Assembly (NCBI GenBank): GCA_943704415.1 | Contig: CALSCO010000688.1 | Span: forward strand, 1-39,384 | DNA from: Parvularia atlantis | Lineage: Eukaryota | Length of the DNA: 39,384 bases | Direction: 5' to 3' | Part shown: in pieces, positions 1 through 10,053 of the stretch | Numbering within the stretch: the stretch's first letter is position 1 | Layout of the letters: every line of letters starts with the position of its first letter | Position numbers and translations under genes: made by a program | The notes under the pieces: model-generated | The model's database searches: none | The model's input: only the letters and a program-made list of their open reading frames with translations | What the model was told of the DNA's origin: nothing

Positions 1-1063
1 GGGGGGTCACGCTCGCCGCAGGTGAGCCCGCCCGAGCGAGCCTCGCCCGGTCGCGCCTCGCCCTAACACGCACATGACTTGCCCCTCAGACTCGTCTCCG
101 TCCTCGTCGTCAGATGATGGCCGGCCCAAGGGCGTCGTCGAGACCGCCAAGCCCGCGACGAAAAAGGCGAGCAAGCCCGCCAAGCCCGCGGCTTTAACCC
201 CGGCCCCGGCGCCACCGGCTGCGGCTGTGCGTGCTCCACCGCGGTCGGTCGACCCGCATGACATTGACGCAGCATCTCCGCAGCCGGCCAAGCCAGCCGC
301 GCACATGCCGCCTGCCGAGCCCAAGCAGCCGGCGGTGGCGGTGGACATGCGCCGCGCGGCGGCCGCTGCTGACCCGTCGTCGCAGATCGACTTTTCCCTG
401 CCCCCGGCCGACGAGAACTACCGCCCGCTCGGCATACCCGTCGTGCCGCTGCTCGCGCCATCGTTGGCCGCGTGCGTGCCCCGCGCCACGCCCCCTCGTG
501 CTGACGCTCACAACGAGAACCGATTCGCAGAGCGGCCGAGACAAGCAGCAGGACGGCTGGCGATGTGACGCTGCTAAACGAGGACTCGTGGGCCAACCTG
601 CTGAGCACGGACCAGAGCGCGGCTGCGGCAGCCGCGAGCGGGAGCCCCGGCGAGGGCGCAGGCGGGCCGGCGGGCGACGACGCGAGCAGCCGGTGGACGC
701 AGCTGCAGATGAACGCGAAGCAGCAGTTTGAGCGGGAGAAGGAGCGCAAGGAGCTGGAGGCGCGCCGGCAGGCGGAGGAACGCGAGTTGGAGCAGCGGCG
801 CGAGCGCGAGGCGCAGGAGAAGCTTGAGTGCGCGCGCTTTGTTTGCACACCGGTGTCGCACTGGCTCACCGCAGGCGCGGCGCAGGCGCGAGCGGCAGCT
901 GGCCGAGGAGCGGCGCAGGCGCGAGCGGGAGGAGCAGGAGGCGGAGCGCGAGGCAGCGCGGCGCGCGCGCGAGGAGGAGGTGCGAGGCCGTTGCCGTCGG
1001 CCAGAGGCATGCTCACGCGCGTCACCGCAGATTGCCGCGAGCGACCACGACGGCGAGTTCTGA
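1..1063 (+). CDS. 3' part of a probable BET/GTE-family bromodomain protein (charged coiled-coil C-terminus); 5' truncated by window
   Basis: Introns 22-89, 472-529, 828-885 and ~980-1030 splice to give ...DVTLLNEDSWANL...SSRWTQLQMNAKQQFEREKERK...EAARRAREEE-IAASDHDGEF* (TGA 1061-1063). This resembles the BRD4/BRDT tail (IKNMGSWASL...SFEQFRRAAREKEEREK). No bromodomain lies in the window, so the family call is tentative. Confidence 0.45.
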
Positions 1064-1125
1064 CCTCTCTCGCCGCAGTCTCTGTCACATACTATCGCGG
1101 AGTGCACAGTCGATGAGAAAACAAC

Positions 1126-1432
1126 TCAAACATTCTTCCTCGGCAGGGTGGGCTGATCAGCCGTGTGGTCTGGGTGGTCAATAGCCTCGCCGAAAAGCAG
1201 CTGGGCCTCGTCCATGATGGCATACACGTGCTCCGTCTGCGCACGCTCGATGGCAGCACTCCATTTCGCCCCCAGGATGACGAGGGTGCTGTTCCTGAAG
1301 AAAGTTGTCGAAGCCAACCTTCGCGGTCGTCATGGTGTATCCGTTCTGATCCTTGGCGCTGAGAACATCATTCAAGCTGTAGCGGTAGACAATCTTGCCC
1401 TCGGCGACAAGTTTCTTGACCAAGTGCACGCC
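1126..1432 (-). pseudogene. Fragment of a P-loop NTPase (Crinkler/CR-type), frameshifted
   Basis: Reads GVHLVKKLVAEGKIVYRYSL...FDNFLQEQHPRHPG, then after a 1-nt shift in the C5 run (1269-1273) GAKWSAAIERAQTEHVYAIMDEAQLLF. YAIMDEAQ is a Walker B-like hhhhDEAQ motif. Walker A is absent and would lie just upstream of the break. Confidence 0.5.
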
Positions 1433-1918
1433 TCTTGCGCGAGAAGCCTTACTGCAACACTGCCTCTCGTATCAACTTACGCCAGAGTACCTTAAACAGG
1501 CTGTCGAGAAGCAGGACGCCTACCTTAGCCAGCCGATCAACGTGCGCGAGCGTCAAGGTTGACTTTCGTTTGAACGGTCGCTTCAACTTTCTCTGGGAGT
1601 TTCAAGTTGTGCGCGGAAACAAAACGATTGACGAGCATCTTTCCCGATTCCTCGCCCCTGGCCCCTGGCGACGCTGACTGGAGTCCTGTCTACGCATCCA
1701 CGACGCGACTTCGCCGGAAGAGATATCCCCGCGCGAGCGAGTACAAGGCGTTCTGGAAGTCGCTCCCTACGCCCCACTGGGCGGTGATTGATGTCAGGTC
1801 GTCTACGCCGCAAAATCTGAAGAACAACGTCTGGTACATCGTCTACGCGCCTGACTTCTCCGAGTTCACGCTGAAGTGCAACAATGAAGACGATATCACT
1901 CTTCCGTTCGCGCCCTGA
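1433..1918 (+). pseudogene. C-terminal restriction-endonuclease-fold (PD-(D/E)xK) domain of a Crinkler-type effector, two frameshifts
   Basis: Three frames join to LAREALLQHCLSYQL... / VDFRLNGRFNFLWEFQVVRGNKTIDEHLSRFLAPG / ...EYKAFWKSLPTPHWAVIDVRSS...NNVWYIVYAPDFSEFTL...*. This matches the recalled motif order EAxFQH...IDFYING...WxxE...EHLxRF...WAVVDFR of oomycete/fungal CR REase domains. No ATG start. Confidence 0.6.
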
Positions 1919-1980
1919 CACCGACATATGTTTCCCCGTCACATACCTTAGCCTTTTGTACAGGTGTACAGCGTTGCGCG

Positions 1981-3784
1981 TCAGAACAGGCAGCGCCCAG
2001 CGTGCCGCGGGAACGGCACGACGTCGCGGACGTTGTCCAGCCCCGTCAGGAGCATCATCAGGCGCTCAAAGCCGAGCCCAAACCCGCCGTGCCGCACCGA
2101 GCCGAACCGCCGCAGGTCGAGGTACCAGTCGTACGTCGCCGGCGCGAGCCCGCACCGCCGCATCTGTGCCTGCGCGCGCACCGCGGCGGCGTGAGGCCGC
2201 GCGTGTGTGAAGCGTGACGCGTGCGCTCACCTCCAGCTCGGGCAGGCGCTCCTCGCGCAGGCTCCCGCCCACGAGCTCGCCGATGCGCGGCACGAGCAGG
2301 TCAACGGCCGACACGGTCTCGCCGGGCCTGCACGGCGGTCAGCAGCCACGACACGACGCCTGTGCGGCCGCACGCACACGGCCGCGTCGCGCTCGTCGCA
2401 GCGCATGTAGAACGGCTTGATGTCACGCGGGTAGTTTGTCACAAAGACGGGCGCGCCGACGACGCGGTCGGCGAGGTACTTTTCGTGCTCGAGGTGCAGC
2501 GGCTCACCCTGCGCGTCCCCCGCGTTAGAGCGCACCCGAGCGCCGCACGCACGCCACGTACCCAGGTTGTCGGGAACTTCCACGACTGCCCCGACGCCGC
2601 CAGCCGCCGGATCGCCTCGGTGTAGGTCATCGTCTCGTAGCGCCCGTCCAGTCGCGCGAGCGCCTCGAGGCGCGCGACGAGCCCGACGCCGCCGCTGTGC
2701 GCGCTCGAGACGTCGTCTGCGCTGCGCGCATGCGTCTCCATCACCTCGAGCTCGTCGCGGCACGTCTCGAGCATGTACGTGACGACCGCGTGCAGCAGCC
2801 CGGCCGTGACCCCGTTCAGCTCCGGCAGCGAGTCAACAAACGCGGCCTCGGCCTCGAGCATCCAGAACTCAGCCAGGTGCCGCGGCGTCTGCGAGCCCTC
2901 AGCGCGGAACGTCGGGCCGAGCGTGTAGACGCGCGAGAGCGCGCTGGCGAGGATCTCTGCCTGCACCAGTCACGCGTCAAGCACGCGCACGGTTCGCACA
3001 AGAGGCACGCGCGCGTGTGCACCTGCAGCTGGCCCGAGACGGTGAGGAACACGGGCGCGCCGAAGAAGCCGCCGTCGGCGTTGTCGGCGCGCGGCTCGAC
3101 GCGGAACATCTCGCCGGCGCCCTCGCAGTCGGTCGCGGTGAGGATGGGCGTGTTGACCTGGGTGAACTGCTGCGCCTGGTGGGCCGGCGCTCGGTCAGCG
3201 CGCGCTGACCGGGCTAGGGCACGCGACACACTCGCAGGTGCGCGTGGACCGCCCAGGCGGCCTCGTGGCGCATGCGCAGTACCGCACCGATGAGCCGCGT
3301 GCGCGGGCGGAGGTGCCCGATGTCGCGCAGGAACTCGACCGAGTGCGCCTTCTTCTGCAGCGGGTACGTCTGCCCGAGTGCGCGCGCATCATCAGCTCGC
3401 GCGCGCGCGCAATCGACAGGCAGCGGACGCGCCTCAGCGGGGCACGTGCCCAGCACGGCCACCTCGCTCGCCTGCAGCTCGACGGCTTGGCCGGCGCCGC
3501 GGCTGGCGACGAGCGTGCCGGCGACCCTGACGCTCGTGCCGGTCGTGAGCCTGCGCGCACGCATCCGTCTCTCTCAGCCGTCGCAGTCCACGCGTGAATC
3601 GGCCGCACCGCTCGGCCTGCGCCACCGGCACGACGACCTGCAGGCCGCGTGCGCTCGTGCCGTCGCTCACGTGCACGAACGCGACGCTCTTGAGCGCCCG
3701 CACCGAGCTGACCCAGCCGCGGACCTCGACCGCGCCGCCGGCCGCCGCCTGCAGCACTTGTCTGACAGTGAAGCGCGCCGTCAT
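1981..3784 (-). CDS. NARS2: Asparaginyl-tRNA synthetase, bacterial/mitochondrial type
   Basis: Spliced (7 introns): OB-fold [94 protein letters not shown]. Stop 1981-1983. Confidence 0.95.
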
Positions 3785-3819
3785 TTTTCTTCTCGCTCTG
3801 CGTTCTTCGCCTCGCGACA

Positions 3820-4779
3820 ATGCCGGCCGCCCTGCCCGACGACGCGGCGACGCGCGCGCGCGCGCTCGTGACGCAGCGCGATGCGCTCGAGCGGCAGATC
3901 AAGGAGGTCAACGAGGCGCTGCTGGCGGTGCAGCGCGCGCATGCCTCCTGGGAGTGGCCGTCAGCGTGTGCTGACGCGGCCCGCGCGCCCGCATGCAGCA
4001 AAAGGGCGTGGGGATGCACGGGCGCCTGGTGGACGACGAGGGCTTCCCGCGCGGCGACATCGACGTGTACCAAGTGCGCACGCTGCGGCACGAGATGGCC
4101 CGTGCGTGGCCCGCGCCGCGCGGACGGCGACGAGCACGGGCTGACGCGCGCCGACACCAGGCCTGCTGTACGACCACAGGCAGCTCACGCGCGACATCGA
4201 GGCCGCCCTCGCCGACGTGCACGCGAGCGCAAGCCAGCGCGGCGCACCGCCGACGGGGGCGCAGCCGCGTGCGTTCAGGCCGCGCTCGCCATACCGCGCT
4301 CATGTCGCCCGTCGCAGCCGTGCTGCCCTTTGCGCGCATCGAGGACGTCTCGGCGGGCTCGCCAGCGGACCGGGCGGTGCGTGCGGATGCGAAGGTGTGG
4401 GCACGGCGGGCACTGAGCGCGCACACAGGGCCTGAAGAAGGGCGACCTGGTCGTGCGCTTCGGCCACGTGGACGCCGGCAACCACCGCGAGCTCAAGGCG
4501 CTGGCCGAGCTCACGGCCGCGTCCGAGGGGGTGCGCAGGAGGGCGGTGCTGTGCGCGATGCTGAGGCACTGGGTGCGCAGACGGAGCTGCTCGTGGTCGT
4601 GCAGCGCGCCGGGGCCGGCAACGTCGATATCATGCTCACGCCCGGCAAGTGGGCCGGCCGCGGCTTGCTCGGGTGCGCGCGTGAGGCGGTGTGCGTTGCG
4701 GCTCACGCTGCTGACCCAGCAATCTCGCTCGCGCGTGCGCAGGTGCCACGTCGTGCCGCACCACATGACCGCCGCGTGA
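3820..4779 (+). CDS. PSMD9: 26S proteasome regulatory-particle assembly chaperone Nas2/p27 (PDZ)
   Basis: 6 coding introns. Motifs [67 protein letters not shown]. Confidence 0.93.
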
Positions 4780-4821
4780 CGCTGTGAGGTGCGTGCCGCG
4801 GGGATCTGCGGGCACCGGCTG

Positions 4822-4934
4822 TGGCGGGTGATGAGCTCTGCTCTTTTGTCCTGACCTCTGAAAACGCGCGCCTCCGGGCGCCGCTGGGTTGAGAAACGGG
4901 TGTGGCCGCAATTGCTGTGCGGTCCCTGACGCCA
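4822..4934 (+). ncRNA. Candidate box C/D snoRNA in a PSMD9 3'UTR intron
   Basis: Box C GTGATGA 4828-4834, D' CTGA 4851-4854, box D CTGA 4926-4929, closed by terminal stem TGGCG (4822-4826)/CGCCA (4930-4934). Lies inside a putative intron from GTGCGT at 4789 to CAG at 4994 or 5003. Confidence 0.6.
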
Positions 4935-5110
4935 ACATATCTTGCTTCGTGCTCGCGCTCTTCCGCAATGGGCGTTCGTGCTGCTGACACACAGCGCCGC
5001 CAGTCGCAGCAGCCCTTGTGCATTGTGTACTCTGCTTTTTGGACAGACGCTTTTCGTTTCGGGACAAGCACAGGCGCAGGATGGGGACATATGGCCGCGC
5101 GCAGAGGCGC

Positions 5111-6427
5111 TCACGCCGCCGCTGCAGCGACCTTGCCGACGGCGATTGCCGGGTCCTCGACCACGGCAACCTTGCCGACCGAGAAGGCCGGGTCCGCGAC
5201 CGCGCGCGCACCGGCCATCCACTGCTCGACGTCGCTGATCTCCTTTGGCGCGTCGGTGATGACCTCGTACGAGTCCTCGGTGATGCGGATGCAGTCCTCG
5301 ATCTGCGCGTGCGAGGCGCGACCGTCAGCCCGCGAGCGCACTTGTGTCGGCCGCGGCAACGCACCCGCACGCCGCCAAAGTTAATGTACTGGTCGATCAC
5401 CTGCACACCGCGCGTGTCAGCGCAGCACAGCGCAGCGGGCGGCTGCGGCGGCGCGCACATCAAAGTTGTAGTACTTGGCCGTGCGGGTGTTGGCGCGGGC
5501 CTCCTCGATCAGCATCTCGACAAAGTAGACGCCTGTGGGACACGTGTGAGCGCGTGCGCGGCCGACCAGCCGGCCGTGGCGCAGGACGCACCCGGCTCAA
5601 TCGTAAACACCTGGTTGTACGCGAGCACCCACGGCGACGGCGTCGGGTCGTGCACGTCCAGGCCGACCGGGTGGCCGAGACCGTCTGCGCGCAAAAAACG
5701 CGTGAGTGGCCGGAAGACGGCCACGGGGGGCGCAGGCTCGGCGCACGCGGGTAGAAGGTCGAGAGAACGCCAGCGCTGAGCAGCTCGTCGATGCTGCCGA
5801 CGAGGATGCCGGCGGCGGCGAGGCCCTCGACGAGCTTGCGGTTGACGATCGACGTGATTGTGCTCCACGAGACGCCTGCACGTGCGCGCGCGCGTGAGCG
5901 CCCTGGGCAGCGACAGCAGTGCGGCGGCGGCGGCGTACCGGGCGCGCAGGCTTCGATCGCGGCCTTCTGCGCCTGCAGCACCGTGTTGTAGATCGCGGTC
6001 TGCGCCGAGGTGAAGACACCGTTGGCCGGGAAGGTGCGCGTGACGTCCGAGGTGTAGCCGCGGTACTCGCCTGCGGCGTCGACGAGGATCATGTCGGTGG
6101 CGCCGACGGGGGCGTCGTTCTGGATGTAGTGCAGCACGGCGCCATTCTTGCCCGCGCCGAAAATGCCGATGTACGACTGGAAGCGCAGGCCGCAGTTGTA
6201 GCACTCGTGCAGGAAGAGCGACTCGAGGTCCGACTCGGTCGAGCCCGAGGGGCGCACGGCCTGCATGACGGCCTCGTGCGCGCGGCTCGTCACGTCGCTC
6301 GAGATGCGCAGCAGCTGCAGCTCGCGCTCGGTCTTGACCTGCCGGACGCCGAACAGGTACGCCAGCAGGCGGCTCGAGTCGAAGGTGTAGCTGCGCGCCC
6401 CCGAGGGCCGGCGTGAGCAGGGCGCGC

Positions 6428-6471
<44 letters not shown>

Positions 6472-7418
6472 GCGTGTGCGCGCACCTCGCCAGCTCCGGG
6501 AAGCGCGCCAGCGCGTCGGTTGAGCTGACGACGTTGATGCGCGACACGGTCTGCTCGCGCAGGAAGCTCAGGATCTCGTCGTCGTACAGGACGTCATCGC
6601 TGTCGGTCTCGGCCTTGATGGCTGCGCAGCCGGGTCAGCGTGCAATGCGTGCACGTGCACGTGCCCCGCACTGTCAAAGTTGTCCACGCCGCCGTCATAG
6701 ATGATCTCGGAGCGCGACTTGCGGCGCACGAGCATGACCGCGCGCATCGTCTCAAGGCTGAGCAGGAACGACACGTCGGGCACGTTGTAGCCCGTGAGGT
6801 AGCTGCGTGCGGCGCGCGTGGGGTCGGCAACACGCGAGAACGTCAAAAAAAAAAAAAAAGAAACGCATGCGAGCGCACAGGAAGTTCGAGTCCTGGCGGA
6901 AGAGGATGTCCGTGTCCGAGTTGGAGCGCTCCTCCTGCGCGTTGCCCAGCAGCAGCACCCACTCGTCGTCCTGCGTCTGCGACGACGAGCGGAACCGGGC
7001 GAGGAGCTTGTCGCGGTGCTCGCGAAACATGCCGTTCGTGCTCGGCGCGTTGAACGGCGCGCGGCAGCCCGGCATGTCGACAGCGGGCGTGTCGAGGGCG
7101 GGTGCGGGGCCGAAGTAGTCTGGCGGGCCAGGGGCGTTGAGCGCGCGGCACGCGGGAGGGCGCGTGCGTGCGTGCGCACCCGGCGGCATCATGTTCCAGG
7201 CCGAAAACATCAGCAGGCCCGTGACGACGAGCAGCAGCGGCGTGATCGCGCGACGGCGCTGCGAGCGCGCGACGTGCGCTGCATCACGCCACCGGCGCTG
7301 AATTGAGCGCGCGTGCGCGCGCCGCGCGTACCTCGACCACGACGACGAGCGGCGGCGTCGGCGGCGGCGTCTTTCGCCCCGCCTCGACGTCATCGAGGGG
7401 CACCTTGACGTCAGCCAT
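5111..7418 (-). CDS. Xaa-Pro aminopeptidase / prolidase family (M24B) with N-terminal hydrophobic anchor
   Basis: 10 introns. Motifs FRQDSNFLYLTG, VKTERELQLLR, AVLHY, LVDAAGEYRGYTSDVTRTFPANG, HGLGHPVGLDVHD, TIEPGVYF, FGGVRIED. Confidence 0.92.
6430..6470. repeat. Poly-G homopolymer (~41 nt) in an aminopeptidase intron
   Basis: Direct reading; the run length may be a sequencing or assembly artefact. Confidence 0.8.
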
Positions 7419-7467
7419 CTTCGAGAGTCGATTGTGTGACAGCGAGACGGCGGTGGCGCGACTCGCG

Positions 7468-8803
7468 ATGGACGCCGCGCCCGCCACGGCCACCGCCACC
7501 GCGCCCGCACAGCCCGGCCAGCAGCAACAGCCGCCGGCGCGCCACGTGCCGTTCGAGGCGCGGCTCGACAACGTCAAGACGATGGCGAGCATGCTCGCGG
7601 CGATCCAGTCGCAGCCCGTGCGTATTTTTGGCGCGCGATCGCGTTTCGCGCGCCAACGTCTGGACGCGCCCGCAGAAGGTGACCTGCGCCGTGACCGGGC
7701 GCGGCGTGCGCTTCTCGTCGGACGACTCGCACTCGGTGCAGGCCTTCGCGTACCTGCAAAAGTCGTTGCGTGCCGACACCGTCTGGCCGTGGCGCGCGCG
7801 CACGCTCACAATCGCGCGCGCGCCGACCAGGCTCTTCCGCGACTACCGCCTCGACCGCGACCTGCGCTTTACGATCAGCCTCGACACGCTCCTGAGCTGC
7901 CTCAACATCTTCGGCGCGCCCGCGAGCGGTGCCGCCGCGACGAGCGTGTCGCTCGACCTGCTGTTTGACGAGCAGGACCGGTCGCTGCACCTCGTGTGCG
8001 TGGGCGCGAGCTGCCCGCCGCTCGACGCGCCAGTTAAGCGCGCGCGGCAGGCTGTACGACGAGGGCGTGGTGACGACGTGCAACCTGCGCACGTACCAGC
8101 CCGTGCCGCCGGTCGACTTTGGCTTCCGCAACTCGCCCATCGTCAACAAGGTCATCATCAAGGTGTGCGCGCGCAAGACGGGCTGCACCAAGGCTCACGG
8201 GCGCACGCGCGCGCGCGCGCGCGCCAGTCGTCGTGGCTCAAGGACGCGTTTGACGAGATGGACGGCACGAGCGACAAGGTCAACCTGCTCGTCGCGCCCG
8301 CGAGCCCGTACTTTCGCATCTCGACGGTCGGCATGGCCGGGAGCGCCGAGGCGCGCAACACACGCGGCCCCGCTGCATGCGCCTGATGCGGGGGCCGCAG
8401 GTCGACTACCCGAAGACGGCCGACGTGATCGAGACGTTTCAGTCGGAGGACGCGATCGTGCAGAGGTGCGCGCCGTTTGTCGCACCTCGCCGTCACCGAC
8501 AGAGCGAGTGCAGCTACCGCCAGAGCTCGTTCGTGTCGGTGATGAAGGCGCTCGCAATCTCGCACAAGACGTCGCTGCGCATGAACCGGCGCGGCTTCCT
8601 GCACCTCATGTTCATGATCCAGCTACAGGCCGACACGGACGAGCTGCTTTTCGTCGAATACTTTGTGCGTGGCCGCGCACCAGGTGGCTGCGCTGACGCC
8701 GCGCGCACAGCTCGCGCCGGTCGAGCCGGACGCGTACTACCCGGGCGCGCCCGCAGCGGACGACGAGGGCGGGGCGGCGATGGACACGCAGCGCGGGCGG
8801 TGA
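7468..8803 (+). CDS. RAD1: 9-1-1 checkpoint clamp subunit Rad1
   Basis: 7 introns (one GC-AG, 8351-8400). Motifs FEARLDNVK, VQAFAYLQKSLFRDY, LLSCLNIFG, NKVIIKSSWLKDAFDEMD, SPYFRISTVG, KTSLRMNRRGFLHLMFMI, FVEYF. Confidence 0.92.
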
Positions 8804-8861
8804 TGCGGGACGGGTTCGCACGTGTAAATACGTAGGCTGTACATGAGCACGACCAGCCCCG

Positions 8862-10021
8862 TCACGCCCCGCGCGCGCCCGCCAGCGCCTTCATGCGCGA
8901 GCGCACGGCCGCGTCCAGATGGGCGTACACGGCGAGGCTGCCGTCGATACCCGTCTGGAACACGCCCTCGAAGCGGTCGCTGTGCAGGCGCGACTCCATC
9001 TGCTGAGGGCGGTGAGCGGACAGCGACCGACGGCGCGACCGCGCACCTCGAAGAACGAGACCTTCTGCGACTTTGGCAGGACGCCGACGGTGAGCACGGG
9101 CCCGTTGCCAGACTCCTCAAGGTGGTTTATATCTGCCGTGTGCGACCGGCGTGAGCGCGCGCGATCGCGGAAGGCCGCAGGGTGCTGCGCACCGAGCAGC
9201 GCCTTGCCGTCGAGGAAGCCCACGGAGCACGCTGCGCGAATGGCCGCCACCGCCCGTCAGCCGCGTGCGTGGCACGCCACGCCGCCGCACGCACCGCACA
9301 GGTAGTCCTTCATGGCGATGCCGGCGTCGATCATGGCGAGCGTGGTCGCGTTGATGCTGGCGGCGGTCGTGGCTGCGCGCGCCGCGTCTCGACATGCGCA
9401 CGAGCGAGCACACGCACGCACGCGCGCACCGCCGTCGGCCTGCAGCACCTGCACGTAGATGTCGATCTGCGAGCGCGGGAAGAGCTGCGTCATGACGACG
9501 GCCTCGAACGACTGCTTGAGCGCGACGGCGACGTCGACGAGCTTGCTGCTCACCGCGCACGTCAGCGACAGACGCATGACATGCGCGCGGGCGTGCGCTG
9601 CAGACCGGTCGCCGCGCGTGCGCCGCCGCCGCTCGCCCGTGCTGAACGTGGCCATCGAGTACTCGCACGTGATCACGGCCTGCTCCTGCACGAGCGTCGC
9701 GACGGCGGCGGCGGCGCGCCCGCGCTGGCGCATCTCGCGCGGCCCGTAGACGGCGACGAGGACCTGCGCGCCGCGTCAGCCGCGCGGGCCGCCGTGCGCA
9801 GGCGCGACGCGACCTTGGTGTTGCCCATTTCGACGTACGCCGAGCCGTCGGCCTCGCGCAGCACGCCCAGGCGGCTCTGCATGCGGCGCAGCTCGCCCGG
9901 CCGGCGCCCGTCCAGCCGAAGGCCCTCGGGCGTGACGTACTCGACCTTGGCCTGGTGCGGCGGTGGCGCGGCGGGCTGAGCGTGCAGAACACGGCAGAGG
10001 CCATGCGCGCACCACGGCCAT
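8862..10021 (-). CDS. EXOSC4: Exosome core subunit Rrp41 (RNase PH-like)
   Basis: 7 introns, 9-nt first coding exon. Motifs EYVTPEGLRLDGRRPGELR, ADGSAYVEMGNTKV, CEYSMATFSTGERR, FPRSQIDIYVQVLQADG, INATTLAMIDAGIAMKD. Confidence 0.95.
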
Positions 10022-10053
10022 CGCTCTCGTCTGGCTGAGAATGCGACGTCAGC

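Larger units (their letters stand above)
1084..1946. mobile_element. Putative insertion bounded by a 9-bp direct repeat (GTCACATAC at 1084-1092 and 1938-1946)
   Basis: Exact 9-mer direct repeat around a visibly lower-GC, intronless block. Removing the insert plus one repeat (854 nt) leaves a 63-nt convergent gap, like the 58- and 60-nt gaps elsewhere in the window. No TIRs or poly(A) seen. Confidence 0.55.

Noticed and set aside
826..885. Apparent non-canonical donor in the first gene
   Set aside because: Resolved as ordinary GT-AG (828-885) by using the second CAG downstream of the branch site.
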